Made by a program: the position numbers and the translations under genes. Below, one piece after another: positions 10,065-21,615 of a stretch of DNA of 64,000 nt (within the stretch, counting starts at the first letter, position 1; every line of letters starts with the position of its first letter). The stretch lies in the sequence record SRR22947725_171. One strand, written 5' to 3'. Below the pieces are notes generated by a model. That model did not search any database, was not told the origin of the DNA, and saw only the letters and a program-made list of their open reading frames with translations.

Positions 10065-13000
10065 TTCCATCCACCTTTTCACCTTTAGCATCATAAAAGA
10101 CGCTACTAGAAACTTCGCAAGGTATCTCTTTCAATCCTTGCTTCTCTTGAACAATTTTCACCAAAACTGTTTCCGTTATCTTAGAAAGCCCACCCTTCAG
10201 TTGAGCAAGCGCAATAGACCTTCCTAAAGCTGAACTATAATAACTTGAGGTTACATAACCGATAGAGACCCCTTTATTACTAATAATATGAGACCCTTCA
10301 GGTAACACGACCTGGGCATCCTTTGTTAATAGCCCTACTAATTGAAGCCTATCATTTGAATTCAATGCAGCAATACTAAAAGAGCGTTGACCAATATATG
10401 AAAATGACTTATCTTTTGCAAGAATCCAGCTCATATTCACATCCATAGGTGTCATTGAACCATCTGTATCTTGACCAACAATAATATAGCCTTTTTCTGC
10501 ACGAAGCACATGCATTGATTCAGTACCATAAGGCGTTATATTCCAAGGCTTCCCTGCTAGCGCAACTTGATCCCAAATGAAGCGACCATAGTTGGCTTCA
10601 ATATTGATTTCATAAGCCAGCTCCCCTGAAAAACTAATTCTCATAATTCTTGCGTTGACTCCACATACGGTTCCAGGACGCCACTGCATGAACTTAAAAC
10701 TTTCTTTATTAAAGTCAACATCTTCACACAATACTTCCATTAATTTGCGAGCATTTGGCCCTACTACTGCGACCGTTGAAAATTGATCTGTGACACTATT
10801 GAGATGAACATCCAAGTCACTCCATTCAGTTTGAAGCCACATCTCTAGAGTGGAGTAAACACTCGCTGCACCGCCTGTTGTCGTGGTCATAATAAAATGA
10901 TTATCATTAATACAAGCTGATACACCATCATCAATAATCATTCCTTTTTCATTACACATTAAGCCGTAACGACAACTTCCAGGAGCAAGCTTCATCCAGG
11001 CATTGGTATACACTCTCGATAAAAATTCTCTTGCATCTTTTCCTTGGACATCAATTTTTCCAAGCGTTGATGCGTCCATCATGCCTAGAGAGTTTCGAAC
11101 AGATCTACACTCTCGATTGACAGCTTGATGCATATCTTCCCCTTCCATTGGATAAAACCAAGGTCGGAACCATTGACCAACTAATTCAAACTCAGCGCCA
11201 CTCTCCAAGTGGGAGTTGTGAATAGTTGTATATCTTTGTGGGTCAAAAAAATCACCTACTTCTCGGCCTGCCATCGCACCAAAATCAACTCCAGTGTATG
11301 CTGGTCTAAATGTCGTAGTTCCAACATCTGACATTGGAACATCTAAGAATTCAGCTGCTACAGCGATTCCATTAATATTTCCAGTTTTACCTTGGTCAGT
11401 ACCAAAACCCATTGCTGTATAACGCTTGATATGCTCGATAGACTGATAACCCTCTCTAATTGCAAGCGCAACATCCAAAGTAGTGACGTCATTTTGCATA
11501 TCAATAAACACTTTCGGCTTATTAAGGATTTCACTTGGAGTAAAGAATCGATCAACCTTGTAATAGTTTGAACACTCCTTAGTAAGTGGTTGAATACTGG
11601 CCTTTTTAACTTCACCCATAGACTCCAGGGACTGTTGCGCTTTATTTTTAGCATCCAAAATGGCATCCTTCCAAAACCCAACAGAATTTACAGCGCCGCA
11701 AACTCTTCTACTTTTTCTCTCTTTTTGAGGCAAGAATGACTGAGAATACTCATCAAAATAAGTCTTACCACCACAATGACAGTCCAAGTGCACAACAGGA
11801 TTAAACCCGCCTGATGTAGCTAATAAGTCACATTCTAGTGTTTGTGTATCTTTGGTAAGCCTCCATTGGGATTGCCAATGAGGCGGCTTAGATTGTAATT
11901 CAACTTTTGAAATTTCAACACCTTTAATGCTGCTTGCTCCATTCGCCTTTCTAATTGCATAGCCTTGAAGAATGTCGATACCTGAATTCTTAGCCTTGAG
12001 AACAATTTCACTTTCACCACCAGGAGCTCTTACATCAATCACTTTACAATCAATATTGTTATTATTTAGACTGATTGCAGTGCTATAAATACTGTCATTG
12101 TTTCCATACAAAATAACCTCTCTACCTGAGACCACACCAAACTCTTCAATGTATCGTCTGACAGACTGACTTAGCATAATATTGGCCAAGTCATTGGTTT
12201 CAAAAAGCATTGGTCGCTCATGGGCTCCGGTAGCTAAAATAACCTCTTTTGCTCTAATCTTATGTAGCACTTTTCTTGCTGATCGAACACCATCTCTTAG
12301 AGTAGATTGGCCCGTAGCATTGGTTTGTAAAACTTCAATATAGTTATGATCATACCAAGCATAAGCAGTCGCTGATGTGAGGATTTTAAGACGACTATTA
12401 TCTTCATTCTTAAACTTCAATAGACTATTAATGCTTTCTTCATGCCAGTCGTATGATGATTCATCAGTTGAAAACTCACTCAGCAATTCTCCGCCCAAAC
12501 ACTCTCTTTCGTCAACCAAAATCACCCTAGCATTTTTTGAGTGGTTTAGGATCTCTAATGCTGCCGTTATGCCAGATACTCCGCCGCCAACGATAAGAAC
12601 CTCAGTATGCTGAAATACATGATCGTACACATCCTCATCTACTTCAGTAGGAGCTTTAGAAAACCCAGATAAGGATCTCAAGCTATCTTCTACCAAAGAC
12701 CAAACTCTTTGTTTAATAAATGTCTTGTAGTAAAAGCCCGCTGGCATAAAACGATGCAGCGGCTTAATCATAGCGCGAAAATCAAATGAATTTGGATTGC
12801 TGGAACTAACAGCACTCAAACCATTATAAAGCATCACCTCAGTAGCCTTCATATTGGGAGTATATCTTCCCCCTATCTCGAGAGAAACTAAGGCATTTGG
12901 CTCTTCAACTCCTGCCCCCATCAATCCACGTTTTCGGCCATACTTAAAGCTTCTTGCATAGAAGAGGACGTTGTTTGCAATAAGCGCTGAAGCTAGCGTA

Positions 13001-13095
13001 TCCCCATGAAAACCCTTGTAGGATTTATTATTAAATATAAAACTCAGTGGCTTTGAATAATCTATGAGACTGCTTTTGTGATTATCTAGTCTCAT
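10057..13095 (-). CDS. soxA: Sarcosine oxidase alpha subunit
   Basis: GDTLASAL, RSFKY, AGFYYKTF, EHIKRYT.MGFGTDQGKT, GcvT-like C-terminal domain. Confidence 0.95.
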   Translation of the reverse strand: MRLDNHKSSLIDYSKPLSFIFNNKSYKGFHGDTLASALIANNVLFYARSFKYGRKRGLMGAGVEEPNALVSLEIGGRYTPNMKATEVMLYNGLSAVSSSNPNSFDFRAMIKPLHRFMPAGFYYKTFIKQRVWSLVEDSLRSLSGFSKAPTEVDEDVYDHVFQHTEVLIVGGGVSGITAALEILNHSKNARVILVDERECLGGELLSEFSTDESSYDWHEESINSLLKFKNEDNSRLKILTSATAYAWYDHNYIEVLQTNATGQSTLRDGVRSARKVLHKIRAKEVILATGAHERPMLFETNDLANIMLSQSVRRYIEEFGVVSGREVILYGNNDSIYSTAISLNNNNIDCKVIDVRAPGGESEIVLKAKNSGIDILQGYAIRKANGASSIKGVEISKVELQSKPPHWQSQWRLTKDTQTLECDLLATSGGFNPVVHLDCHCGGKTYFDEYSQSFLPQKERKSRRVCGAVNSVGFWKDAILDAKNKAQQSLESMGEVKKASIQPLTKECSNYYKVDRFFTPSEILNKPKVFIDMQNDVTTLDVALAIREGYQSIEHIKRYTAMGFGTDQGKTGNINGIAVAAEFLDVPMSDVGTTTFRPAYTGVDFGAMAGREVGDFFDPQRYTTIHNSHLESGAEFELVGQWFRPWFYPMEGEDMHQAVNRECRSVRNSLGMMDASTLGKIDVQGKDAREFLSRVYTNAWMKLAPGSCRYGLMCNEKGMIIDDGVSACINDNHFIMTTTTGGAASVYSTLEMWLQTEWSDLDVHLNSVTDQFSTVAVVGPNARKLMEVLCEDVDFNKESFKFMQWRPGTVCGVNARIMRISFSGELAYEINIEANYGRFIWDQVALAGKPWNITPYGTESMHVLRAEKGYIIVGQDTDGSMTPMDVNMSWILAKDKSFSYIGQRSFSIAALNSNDRLQLVGLLTKDAQVVLPEGSHIISNKGVSIGYVTSSYYSSALGRSIALAQLKGGLSKITETVLVKIVQEKQGLKEIPCEVSSSVFYDAKGEKVDGNE

Positions 13096-13376
13096 GATAT
13101 GTTCTCACTGTTAATCTCTCCAAAAGTCGACACCTGGATGACTTCATGACTAATGGTTGATCTTTTGACTAATAAGTATTTTCGACAACCAGCCGTATGA
13201 ACCCATTGCTCCCAGTGGTCACCCTTATGATTTGTTCGATAAAATACATAATCAGCCCACTGTTCATCAGTCAATGCCTCAGGGTTTTGAGGTCTTGCAA
13301 TGAAAGCTTCCCCTGCAGGCGCAAATTCATTCTGATCTCTTGATTCTTTACAGTATGGACAATCTATCAAAAACAT
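13092..13376 (-). CDS. soxD: Sarcosine oxidase delta subunit
   Basis: IDCPYC, W.DYVFYR.N.KG, EQWVHTAGC (Zn ligands). Confidence 0.95.
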   Translation of the reverse strand: MFLIDCPYCKESRDQNEFAPAGEAFIARPQNPEALTDEQWADYVFYRTNHKGDHWEQWVHTAGCRKYLLVKRSTISHEVIQVSTFGEINSENIS

Positions 13377-13395
13377 AATATTACCTTTTACTAAA

Positions 13396-14646
13396 CTAGT
13401 GGGCTACGCCTGCGGCGCCATGCTCATCTATAAGAGCGCCAGTTGTGAAGCGATCAATGTGAAATGGAACTGCCAATTCATGTTGCTTGTCTTGTGCAAT
13501 AGTATGCGCAAAAACATTACCTGAACCAGGTGTCGCCTTAAAGCCGCCCGTTCCCCAGCCGCAATTAAAGTAGAGACCTTCAACTTTAGTTGGGCTAATC
13601 ACTGGACAGGCATCAGGACAGACATCAACTATACCGCCCCATTGTCGATTCATGCGAACGCGAGAAAAAATTGGAAACAACTCCAGTATTGCCGCTGCAC
13701 AGTGCTCTACTATTTTGGCGCTACCTCTTTGAGCATAAGAGTTATAGCCATCTATTCCAGCACCAATAACTAAATCTCCCTTATCACTCTGACTGACATA
13801 TCCATGAACAGCGTTGGACATTACAACCGTATGGAGAATAGGCTTCATTGCCTCAGATACAAACGCTTGCAAGGGATGACTCTCAACTGGCAGTCTTAAT
13901 CCGGCCATTTTTGCTATCACTGAGGAGTGTCCTGCGCTGACGCATCCAATTTGATCTGCAAGAATATCTCCTTGCGTAGTTTTTACACCTTTCACTCTAC
14001 CCTCTTCAACTTCAATATCAATGACTTCACAATTTTGAATAATATCGACACCTAAGTTTGATGCTGCTCGAGCAAAACCCCATGCTACGCCATCATGTCG
14101 AGCCACACCAGCACGCGCCTGGAATGAAGCACCCATAATTGGATACCTGACATTTTTGGAGGTATTGATAATCGGAATTTGGTCTTTAATCTCTTTATGG
14201 TCAACAACGACAGCATCAACTCCATTAAGTACATTGGCATTTACTCTTCGTTCAATATCCCTCATGTCCTGAAGGGTGTGTCCAAGATTGTAGACGCCTC
14301 TCTGACTGAACATGACATTGAAATTTAAATCTTCACTTAGCCCTTCCCATAGCCTCATTGAGTGCTCATACAGACTAGACGCTTCATCTCTGAGATAGTT
14401 TGACCTGATAATTGTAGTGTTTCTACCGGTATTTCCTCCGCCAATATATCCCTTTTCAACAACTGCAACATTATTAATCCCGCATTCCTTCGCTAAATAG
14501 TAAGCTGTAGCAAGACCATGACCTCCTCCACCAATAATAATGACGTCATACTTCGACTTTGGCTTACATAGTGGAATTGCTTTATCCCACTCTTGATTGG
14601 ACAAGCCTGCTTTCAACAAGGAATACCACGAATATTTTTTTTGCAT
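13396..14646 (-). CDS. soxB: Sarcosine oxidase beta subunit
   Basis: [58 protein letters not shown]. Confidence 0.97.
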   Translation of the reverse strand: MQKKYSWYSLLKAGLSNQEWDKAIPLCKPKSKYDVIIIGGGGHGLATAYYLAKECGINNVAVVEKGYIGGGNTGRNTTIIRSNYLRDEASSLYEHSMRLWEGLSEDLNFNVMFSQRGVYNLGHTLQDMRDIERRVNANVLNGVDAVVVDHKEIKDQIPIINTSKNVRYPIMGASFQARAGVARHDGVAWGFARAASNLGVDIIQNCEVIDIEVEEGRVKGVKTTQGDILADQIGCVSAGHSSVIAKMAGLRLPVESHPLQAFVSEAMKPILHTVVMSNAVHGYVSQSDKGDLVIGAGIDGYNSYAQRGSAKIVEHCAAAILELFPIFSRVRMNRQWGGIVDVCPDACPVISPTKVEGLYFNCGWGTGGFKATPGSGNVFAHTIAQDKQHELAVPFHIDRFTTGALIDEHGAAGVAH

Positions 14647-14668
14647 AACTTTAACTCAACTAATAAAT

Positions 14669-15775
14669 CTAAAAATCCAGAACAATATCACTGGTTGGGT
14701 AAGAGCAACAAGTCAGTATGTATCCTTCTTTTTCATGTGACTTTAAGAGCCCACCTTGAGCATCCATCTCAACTGTCCCATCAAGCATTTTAGTTCTGCA
14801 TGTTCCGCACAAACCCTGAGAGCATGCAAATGGGACTGTAATACCCTGTTTTTGGATTGAAACCAAAATACTTGTATTACTTCCACATTGCAAAACTTCA
14901 CCACTCTTTGACAGGGTGACATTATATTCATTTATTTCACTTTCTGAAACTTTATGCTCGGGCAAATCTGCATCAATAGCCATGTTATTTTGAGCAGTTG
15001 AACTCTCAATATCAAAACTTTCTTGATGGTATAGACTCATATCATAATCACAAGAGTTAAGAATTTTCTTAACGTTTTGCATATAAGGTTCTGGTCCACA
15101 ACAATAGATTTCTCGTTCTGTGAAATCAGGCACCAGATCAACCATCATCTTTTCACTAAGATAGCCACTCGCACCATCCCAAGTTTCACTGGCGACATCG
15201 CATACATAATGCCTCTTAAAATTATCCTGAGTTGACTCGTAATAATCGAGCTCTGCTTTGGCAATCAAATCTTTTTCAGATTGAGCGTTATGAATAAAAA
15301 CCAAATCAAGATCCATTGAAAGGTCAAAAAAGTATCTCGACATAGAAAGCATCGGCGTAATTCCACTTCCACCTGATAAAAGTAAAATTTTTGGCTTTGG
15401 TTGATCAAGGGCTACACTAAATGACCCGCCAATATCAAGTGCTTCAACGCAATCACCTACTTTAAGGCTGTCATGCATCCAGTTTGTCACCACACCATCT
15501 TGCATTCTTTTATTGGTGATAGTAATTGTATTTGGCCTTGTAGGGCTTGATGCAATCGTATAAGTGCGCATGACATCGTTACCATCAATATTCAAAAAAA
15601 GAGTTGTATGTTGTCCAGGAAAAAACTGAAACCAAGCGTCTTTCTTTGATTTGAAAGTAAAGCTTTTTACATTATGAGTCTCATCTTTAATAAGAATACA
15701 CTCGAGTGGTGAAACGTCGCCAGTCCAACGCTCAAGGTTTTCAAAATTAATATCAGGAAATACTAGCTCTTTCAT
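14669..15775 (-). CDS. FAD/NAD-binding ferredoxin reductase with C-terminal 2Fe-2S (GbcB/Hcr-like oxygenase reductase)
   Basis: RTYTIASSP, GGSGITPMLSM, YCCGP, FACSQGLCGTC...TCC. Confidence 0.88.
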   Translation of the reverse strand: MKELVFPDINFENLERWTGDVSPLECILIKDETHNVKSFTFKSKKDAWFQFFPGQHTTLFLNIDGNDVMRTYTIASSPTRPNTITITNKRMQDGVVTNWMHDSLKVGDCVEALDIGGSFSVALDQPKPKILLLSGGSGITPMLSMSRYFFDLSMDLDLVFIHNAQSEKDLIAKAELDYYESTQDNFKRHYVCDVASETWDGASGYLSEKMMVDLVPDFTEREIYCCGPEPYMQNVKKILNSCDYDMSLYHQESFDIESSTAQNNMAIDADLPEHKVSESEINEYNVTLSKSGEVLQCGSNTSILVSIQKQGITVPFACSQGLCGTCRTKMLDGTVEMDAQGGLLKSHEKEGYILTCCSYPTSDIVLDF

Positions 15776-15908
15776 TTAATTTAATTTAATTGTAAGAAAT
15801 CAATTGTAGCATTAGAGTTGATAAATAAATAAATTAACAAAGATAATGATAGGTAATTATTTATTACAAAAAATGAAACTATATCTAATCTAACGAGTCA
15901 GTGCTGAT

Positions 15909-15958
15909 TTGCTAAAAAGGAGGAATTTTAGCAATAAAGATTGGCTAAAGCAATCTTT
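15909..15958. terminator. Two adjacent hairpins downstream of the DMT gene, possible terminator
   Basis: TTGCTAAAA-N8-TTTTAGCAA (15909-15934) and AAAGATTG-N7-CAATCTTT (15936-15958). Confidence 0.4.
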
Positions 15959-15993
15959 CAAATAAAACAAAAAAATAAATATATTACAAGAGC

Positions 15994-16890
15994 TTATGGC
16001 ATTGGAATAACGTGCTTTTTTCTGGCATAAATCCCTTGAAGAATAATGGCTAAGATAATTGCCATTCCCCCTATTAAGGTATTTCTAGTTGGAACTTCAT
16101 TGATGCCTATAACTGGAAGCCAAGCCCAAAAAATACCCAGCACCACCTCAAGGAGTGAAAGCATTACTAATTCACCACTAGGTAGGTATTTTGCACCAAG
16201 TCCATAGAGTATTAATCCACAGCCGACTACTAATCCATGGGACATACTGATTCCAATATTGATAGTTGGCATCTCAAAACCGCCACCATTAATGAGAATT
16301 AGGATAGTTGCCCATAGCATGCACCAAAAGCCAGCAAGAGCGGGTGTCAATAACTTTGGTACTTCGGGATTTTTTCTTAGTGTTATTGTGTATATAGCAA
16401 AACCTAAAGCTACAAAGAATCCATAAATAGCTCCAATGATAGTAGTTGATTTATCAGAATCCCAAACCATAATTGTGATTCCAGCAGCCACTATTAACAT
16501 ATTTAAAAAGGTGATACGACTTAGTCTCTCTCCTAGAATAACAAACCCCAAAAATGCTGACAAAACTGGTGACAATGCAAGCATTAATAAAGTGATTGCA
16601 ACTGTAGTAGTAGTTAATGCATAAATCCAACCAAAGAAAGTGACCGACATGACGAGACTACCCACTAAGCTCCATGAATCAATCCGTTTAAATGTTTGAA
16701 AAAAGTGTCGACCCTCTCTGAGCAAAACGAATATGAGTATGACTGAGGTAATGGCCAGACCCCTGTAAAGCAAATACTGAAGCCTAAAGCTCTCAGCATC
16801 TTCAAGTAATCTTACTAGTGGTGCTCCAAAGCTCCAAATTATGCCGCTAATAACGACCAAGCTAAAGCCAAGTAAATAATTGTTGTTCAT
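15994..16890 (-). CDS. DMT/EamA family transporter
   Basis: About 10 hydrophobic segments, LGERL and LLEVVLG EamA-type motifs. Confidence 0.88.
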   Translation of the reverse strand: MNNNYLLGFSLVVISGIIWSFGAPLVRLLEDAESFRLQYLLYRGLAITSVILIFVLLREGRHFFQTFKRIDSWSLVGSLVMSVTFFGWIYALTTTTVAITLLMLALSPVLSAFLGFVILGERLSRITFLNMLIVAAGITIMVWDSDKSTTIIGAIYGFFVALGFAIYTITLRKNPEVPKLLTPALAGFWCMLWATILILINGGGFEMPTINIGISMSHGLVVGCGLILYGLGAKYLPSGELVMLSLLEVVLGIFWAWLPVIGINEVPTRNTLIGGMAIILAIILQGIYARKKHVIPMP

Positions 16891-17056
16891 CCTATTGCCC
16901 CCTTGAAATATTGAAATATCTGGATAGAACTTTTTTGCATTTTGTTCCTAAAACTACCTCGTGTCAATCATTTTTTTAAGCGCTCTAGTCATGCTAACTT
17001 ATATGTATTTATTTGCATATATAATTTAGTTCAGACTTATAAGTAAATAAATTTTG

Positions 17057-20000
17057 ATGATAACTAATGGAAGACCTAAATGGCAGTTCTGGATTGATAG
17101 AGGGGGAACCTTTACAGACATTATTGGTAGAAGTCCAGAGGGTCAAATTTCAACGCGCAAACTACTTTCTGAAAATTCAGCTCAATACAAGGATGCAGCG
17201 ATACAAGGCATCAGAAACCTATTAAACCTAAAAGATGCAGATAGCGTTCCAATTGATCAGATTGACTCAATAAAAATGGGGACAACAGTTGCAACTAATG
17301 CTCTGTTAGAGAGAGAAGGTGAGAAAACTCTATTAGCGATCACTTCAGGCTTTTCAGATATCTTAAGGATTGGTTATCAACAAAGGCCCCAATTATTTTC
17401 ACTAGATATCCAGCTTCCTGACATGCTCTATTCGGAGATTGTTGAGATTGAAGAAAGAGTCGATATCAACGGAAAAATAATTAAAAAACTTGATCTAATT
17501 AATACAAAAAAATTACTAAAAATTGCCTTTGATCAAGGATTTAATTCGATAGCAATTGTTTTGATGCATGGTTATAGACACCAAGGCCATGAACAACAAG
17601 TTGCTGAAATTGCTAAAAAAATTGGGTTTGTGCAGATCTCAGTTAGCCACAAAGTCAGCCCACTCATGAAAATGATTCCAAGAGGAGACACGACAGTCGT
17701 TGATGCATACTTATCGCCAATTTTGCGTCGCTACGTCAATCAGGTCAAAGATGCACTTGGCCCAACTCAAAGCGACTATGGAAAATTAATGTTTATGCAG
17801 TCCAATGGAGGTTTGACGGATGCAAACTATTTTCAAGGCAAGGATGCCATACTCTCAGGACCAGCTGGTGGAGTCGTTGGCATGGTTAAAACTGGTGAGA
17901 AGATTGGTCTCAATAAGCTCATCGGTTTTGATATGGGTGGAACATCCACAGATGTTTGTCACTTTAATGGTGAATATGAAAGAACTCTTGAGACTGAAGT
18001 AGCAGGCGTAAGGCTTCGCTCACCAATGATGTTAATAAATACAGTAGCTGCAGGTGGAGGATCAATTCTTCATTTTGATGGCTCAAGATATCGAGTAGGA
18101 CCTGATTCTGCAGGAGCATTTCCCGGCCCAGCTTGTTATCGCAATGGAGGTCCTCTTACCGTTACAGATTGCAATGTGATGCTAGGAAAATTAAATCCAG
18201 AATTTTTTCCTAAAGTCTTTGGACCCAAAGCCAATCAAAAACTTGACTTCAGTATTGTTGATAAAAAATTTACAGAACTTGCTAAAGAAATCTCCTTAAA
18301 AACTAAAAAAACAGTCCATCCATCTTCTGTTGCAGAAGGATTTTTATCAATCGCTGTTGAGAGCATGTCCAACGCTATAAAAAAAATATCAGTACAACGA
18401 GGGTATGATGTCAGCGACTATGCCTTATCTTGTTTTGGTGGTGCTGGTGGACAACACGCATGCTTAGTTGCAGATAGATTAGGTATAAAACAAATCCATC
18501 TTCATCCTTATGCAGGCGTTTTGTCTGCTTACGGTATTGGACTTGCCGATAGTCGAACTATCTATGATCTAACTGTTGAATTGCCTCTTGGAAATAGTGA
18601 AATTGATGACCTTTCAAAGATTTTCAAAAGGCTTCATGTTAAGGGTAAGAAAGATTTAATCTCACAAAACCTCAATAAAAACTTATTTCAGTATACTGAT
18701 CGAGTCTATCTCCGCTATAAGGATTCTGACACGTCATTAGCTGTTCCATTTGAAGATGTTGAGGGAATGAAACTTTGTTTCGAGAGAACACATAGTGCAA
18801 GGTTTGGCTTTATTTCACCCGAAAAGATTGTCATCATTGAATCAATCCAGTCAGAAATTTCGTGTCAAAGTGAGCAATTTGAGTCAACTAAAATTATCTC
18901 TGATAAGCTAAAAACTAAACCTCTTAAAACCCAAGATGTATTTATCAATGGAAAACTTGAAAAGACTATTTTTTATCATCGGGACAACATTAAACCCAAT
19001 GAAAAACTTTCTGGTCCAGCCATAATCATTGAACCAACATCAACTATCGTAGTTGAGCCAGGATGGGATGCAACTCTTAAAGATAGCAATGATTTACTTT
19101 TAACTCGAACTCAAAAAATCATAAGGTCAAGTGCGATTGGAACAAGTGTAGACCCCATCATGTTGGAAATATTTAACAATTTATTTATGAGTGTTGCAGA
19201 ACAAATGGGTATGGTTCTTGAGAATACAGCCTCTTCTGTTAATATTAAGGAGCGTCTAGATTTCTCATGTGCATTATTCTCCCCCACCGGAGATCTTGTA
19301 GCAAATGCACCCCATGTTCCAGTTCATTTAGGCTCAATGAGTGAATCCATTAAGACGATCATTAGAGAAAATTCTGCCACGATGAATCCCGGTGATGCCT
19401 TTCTTATTAACGCCCCATATAATGGTGGCACACATTTGCCAGATATTACACTTATAAAGCCAGTATTTGATGACAATAATGAGAACGTAATTTTCTATGT
19501 TGCTACCAGAGGTCACCATGCAGATATTGGTGGAACAGTTCCTGGCTCTGCTCCAGCAAACTCGACCCATATTAAAGAGGAGGGGGTACTAATTGATAAC
19601 TTCACCATAGTCGCTAAGGGTGTATTTCTTGAAAAGGAAATATTCAAATTATTAAGCTCAGGTGAACACCCTGCTAGAAATATTAAACAAAATATTGCTG
19701 ATTTAAAAGCTCAAGTTGCAGCTGCAGAAAAAGGGTCTCAAGAACTAATGAAAATAATCAAGCACTATGGCCTGGAAGTTGTTCACGCATACATGAGCCA
19801 TGTTCAAGATAACGCTGAGGAATCTGTTCGAAGAGTTTTAGATGTATTAAGTGATTCAAGCTTTACATATAAGATGGATGATGGTCATCAAGTCACAGTC
19901 TCAATAAGCGTCAACAAAGTAAATCGTACTGCAACCATTGACTTCACTGGCACAAGTGGTCAACACCCAGGAAATTATAACGCCCCAAGTTCAATTTGTT

Positions 20001-20680
20001 ACGCTGCAGTCTTATATGTTTTCCGTTGCCTAGTTGATGACGATATCCCTCTTAATGCTGGATGCCTAAAACCTTTAAATTTAATCATACCCAAACATTC
20101 AATGATCAACCCCCAATACCCAGCAGCTGTATTTTCTGGGAATGTTGAGACTTCGCAATACATTGTTGATGCTTTGCTCGGAGCTCTAGGAGAATTTGCA
20201 GCATCACAAGGGACGATGAATAATTATATTTGGGGTAACAATAAAGTCCAAAACTATGAAACCATTTGTGGTGGTTCTGGAGCCAGTTCAAATCAACCTG
20301 GTTGCAGTGCGGTTCATACCCACATGACAAATTCAAGGCTAACTGATCCAGAGGTTTTAGAGTGGCGCTTCCCAGTCAAACTTGAGTCATTTAGCATCAG
20401 AAAAAATTCTGGTGGAAAAGGTCTTAATAGAGGGGGAGATGGAGTGGATAGAAGGATGCGGTTCCTGGAGCCAATGACAGTGAATATTATTGCGGGCCAT
20501 AGGAAAATTCCGCCCTACGGAGTGTCTGGAGGTGAGTCAGGTGCCGTTGGAGAAAATTACGTTATTCACTCAGATGAAAGTATCACAAAATTGGGCACTA
20601 AAGGTCAGATAGAGGTTGAGAAAAATGATCTTTTTGTTCTAAAAACACCAGGTGGTGGTGGATTTGGAAAAGCACTCTAA
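17057..20680 (+). CDS. Fused hydantoinase A/B / 5-oxoprolinase (ATP-hydrolysing)
   Basis: [82 protein letters not shown]. Confidence 0.92.
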   Translation: MITNGRPKWQFWIDRGGTFTDIIGRSPEGQISTRKLLSENSAQYKDAAIQGIRNLLNLKDADSVPIDQIDSIKMGTTVATNALLEREGEKTLLAITSGFSDILRIGYQQRPQLFSLDIQLPDMLYSEIVEIEERVDINGKIIKKLDLINTKKLLKIAFDQGFNSIAIVLMHGYRHQGHEQQVAEIAKKIGFVQISVSHKVSPLMKMIPRGDTTVVDAYLSPILRRYVNQVKDALGPTQSDYGKLMFMQSNGGLTDANYFQGKDAILSGPAGGVVGMVKTGEKIGLNKLIGFDMGGTSTDVCHFNGEYERTLETEVAGVRLRSPMMLINTVAAGGGSILHFDGSRYRVGPDSAGAFPGPACYRNGGPLTVTDCNVMLGKLNPEFFPKVFGPKANQKLDFSIVDKKFTELAKEISLKTKKTVHPSSVAEGFLSIAVESMSNAIKKISVQRGYDVSDYALSCFGGAGGQHACLVADRLGIKQIHLHPYAGVLSAYGIGLADSRTIYDLTVELPLGNSEIDDLSKIFKRLHVKGKKDLISQNLNKNLFQYTDRVYLRYKDSDTSLAVPFEDVEGMKLCFERTHSARFGFISPEKIVIIESIQSEISCQSEQFESTKIISDKLKTKPLKTQDVFINGKLEKTIFYHRDNIKPNEKLSGPAIIIEPTSTIVVEPGWDATLKDSNDLLLTRTQKIIRSSAIGTSVDPIMLEIFNNLFMSVAEQMGMVLENTASSVNIKERLDFSCALFSPTGDLVANAPHVPVHLGSMSESIKTIIRENSATMNPGDAFLINAPYNGGTHLPDITLIKPVFDDNNENVIFYVATRGHHADIGGTVPGSAPANSTHIKEEGVLIDNFTIVAKGVFLEKEIFKLLSSGEHPARNIKQNIADLKAQVAAAEKGSQELMKIIKHYGLEVVHAYMSHVQDNAEESVRRVLDVLSDSSFTYKMDDGHQVTVSISVNKVNRTATIDFTGTSGQHPGNYNAPSSICYAAVLYVFRCLVDDDIPLNAGCLKPLNLIIPKHSMINPQYPAAVFSGNVETSQYIVDALLGALGEFAASQGTMNNYIWGNNKVQNYETICGGSGASSNQPGCSAVHTHMTNSRLTDPEVLEWRFPVKLESFSIRKNSGGKGLNRGGDGVDRRMRFLEPMTVNIIAGHRKIPPYGVSGGESGAVGENYVIHSDESITKLGTKGQIEVEKNDLFVLKTPGGGGFGKAL

Positions 20681-20721
20681 AATCAACATAATGGTTATGG
20701 TTTTATCAATAGGAGACAACT

Positions 20722-21585
20722 ATGAAAATAATTAATCAAAGTCCAGAGCCAGATGATGCAAAAAGTCGTCGTGGCATTAAACCAGTCATATCTTATCCCA
20801 TTGACAATCTCCCAGCTTATAACGCAAATATTTATCAATCAGCCAGAGAAAATATGCATCTAATAGAGTCAATTATAATTCCTCCAAGAGATGCTAAAAC
20901 TTTTGAAGTTCCTGCGGGTTGTTTTTTCAGAATTATCAGTGTTGAAGGGCCACAAGTAGGAGATTTAAATTTATGGAACAAACATAATATTAGTGAACGT
21001 TTTTTTAGTGGCAAAACGCGTGCACTCTATGGGACGCATGTGAGTACTGGGGATAGACTTTATTCGAATCTTCCTTTTTTAAGGCCGATGGCTACCATTA
21101 CCCATGACACTCTAGACTGGTATGGCTATGATGAGGATGGTGGAAGCGTTCATGATGTAATTGGAACAAGGTGTGACCCCTATACACACGTCGCTTTAAA
21201 TAACAAAGAGTATCACTACTGTTGTCACTCAAACCTATGCAGAGCACTCTCAAATCAGCAACAAAAGCCAATTTCTCAAATAGAGGATAACGTTCATGAC
21301 GTACTAAATGTTTTTATGTGCACCGGATTTACAAAAAATACTCACCAGTACTTCATGAAAGCAAGCCCTGTAAGGCCAGATGATTTCATAGAATTCTTTG
21401 CTGAAATTGATCTTTTGGGAGGATTGTCAGCTTGTCCTGGTGGCGATTGTAGTTCCAGCCATTCAAGCGATGAGGCGAATTGCTATCCTCTAAAGGTGGA
21501 GATTTTCAAACCATCAGCTGACTCCTTGAAACAATGGACTCCTCCCAAAATAAATAATTACTCAAGAGGGCATGGCTACAGTTAA
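20722..21585 (+). CDS. DUF1989 / urea carboxylase-associated family protein
   Basis: EGPQVGDLNLW, HDVIGTRCDPY, CCHSNL, HDVLNVFMCTG, SACPGGD. Confidence 0.8.
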   Translation: MKIINQSPEPDDAKSRRGIKPVISYPIDNLPAYNANIYQSARENMHLIESIIIPPRDAKTFEVPAGCFFRIISVEGPQVGDLNLWNKHNISERFFSGKTRALYGTHVSTGDRLYSNLPFLRPMATITHDTLDWYGYDEDGGSVHDVIGTRCDPYTHVALNNKEYHYCCHSNLCRALSNQQQKPISQIEDNVHDVLNVFMCTGFTKNTHQYFMKASPVRPDDFIEFFAEIDLLGGLSACPGGDCSSSHSSDEANCYPLKVEIFKPSADSLKQWTPPKINNYSRGHGYS

Positions 21586-21615
21586 AATTCAACTTTAATA
21601 TCTGGGTCAACAAAA

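Noticed and set aside
15776-15993. Riboswitch upstream of the reductase-sox operon
   Set aside because: Only two simple AT-rich hairpins, with no recognisable aptamer consensus
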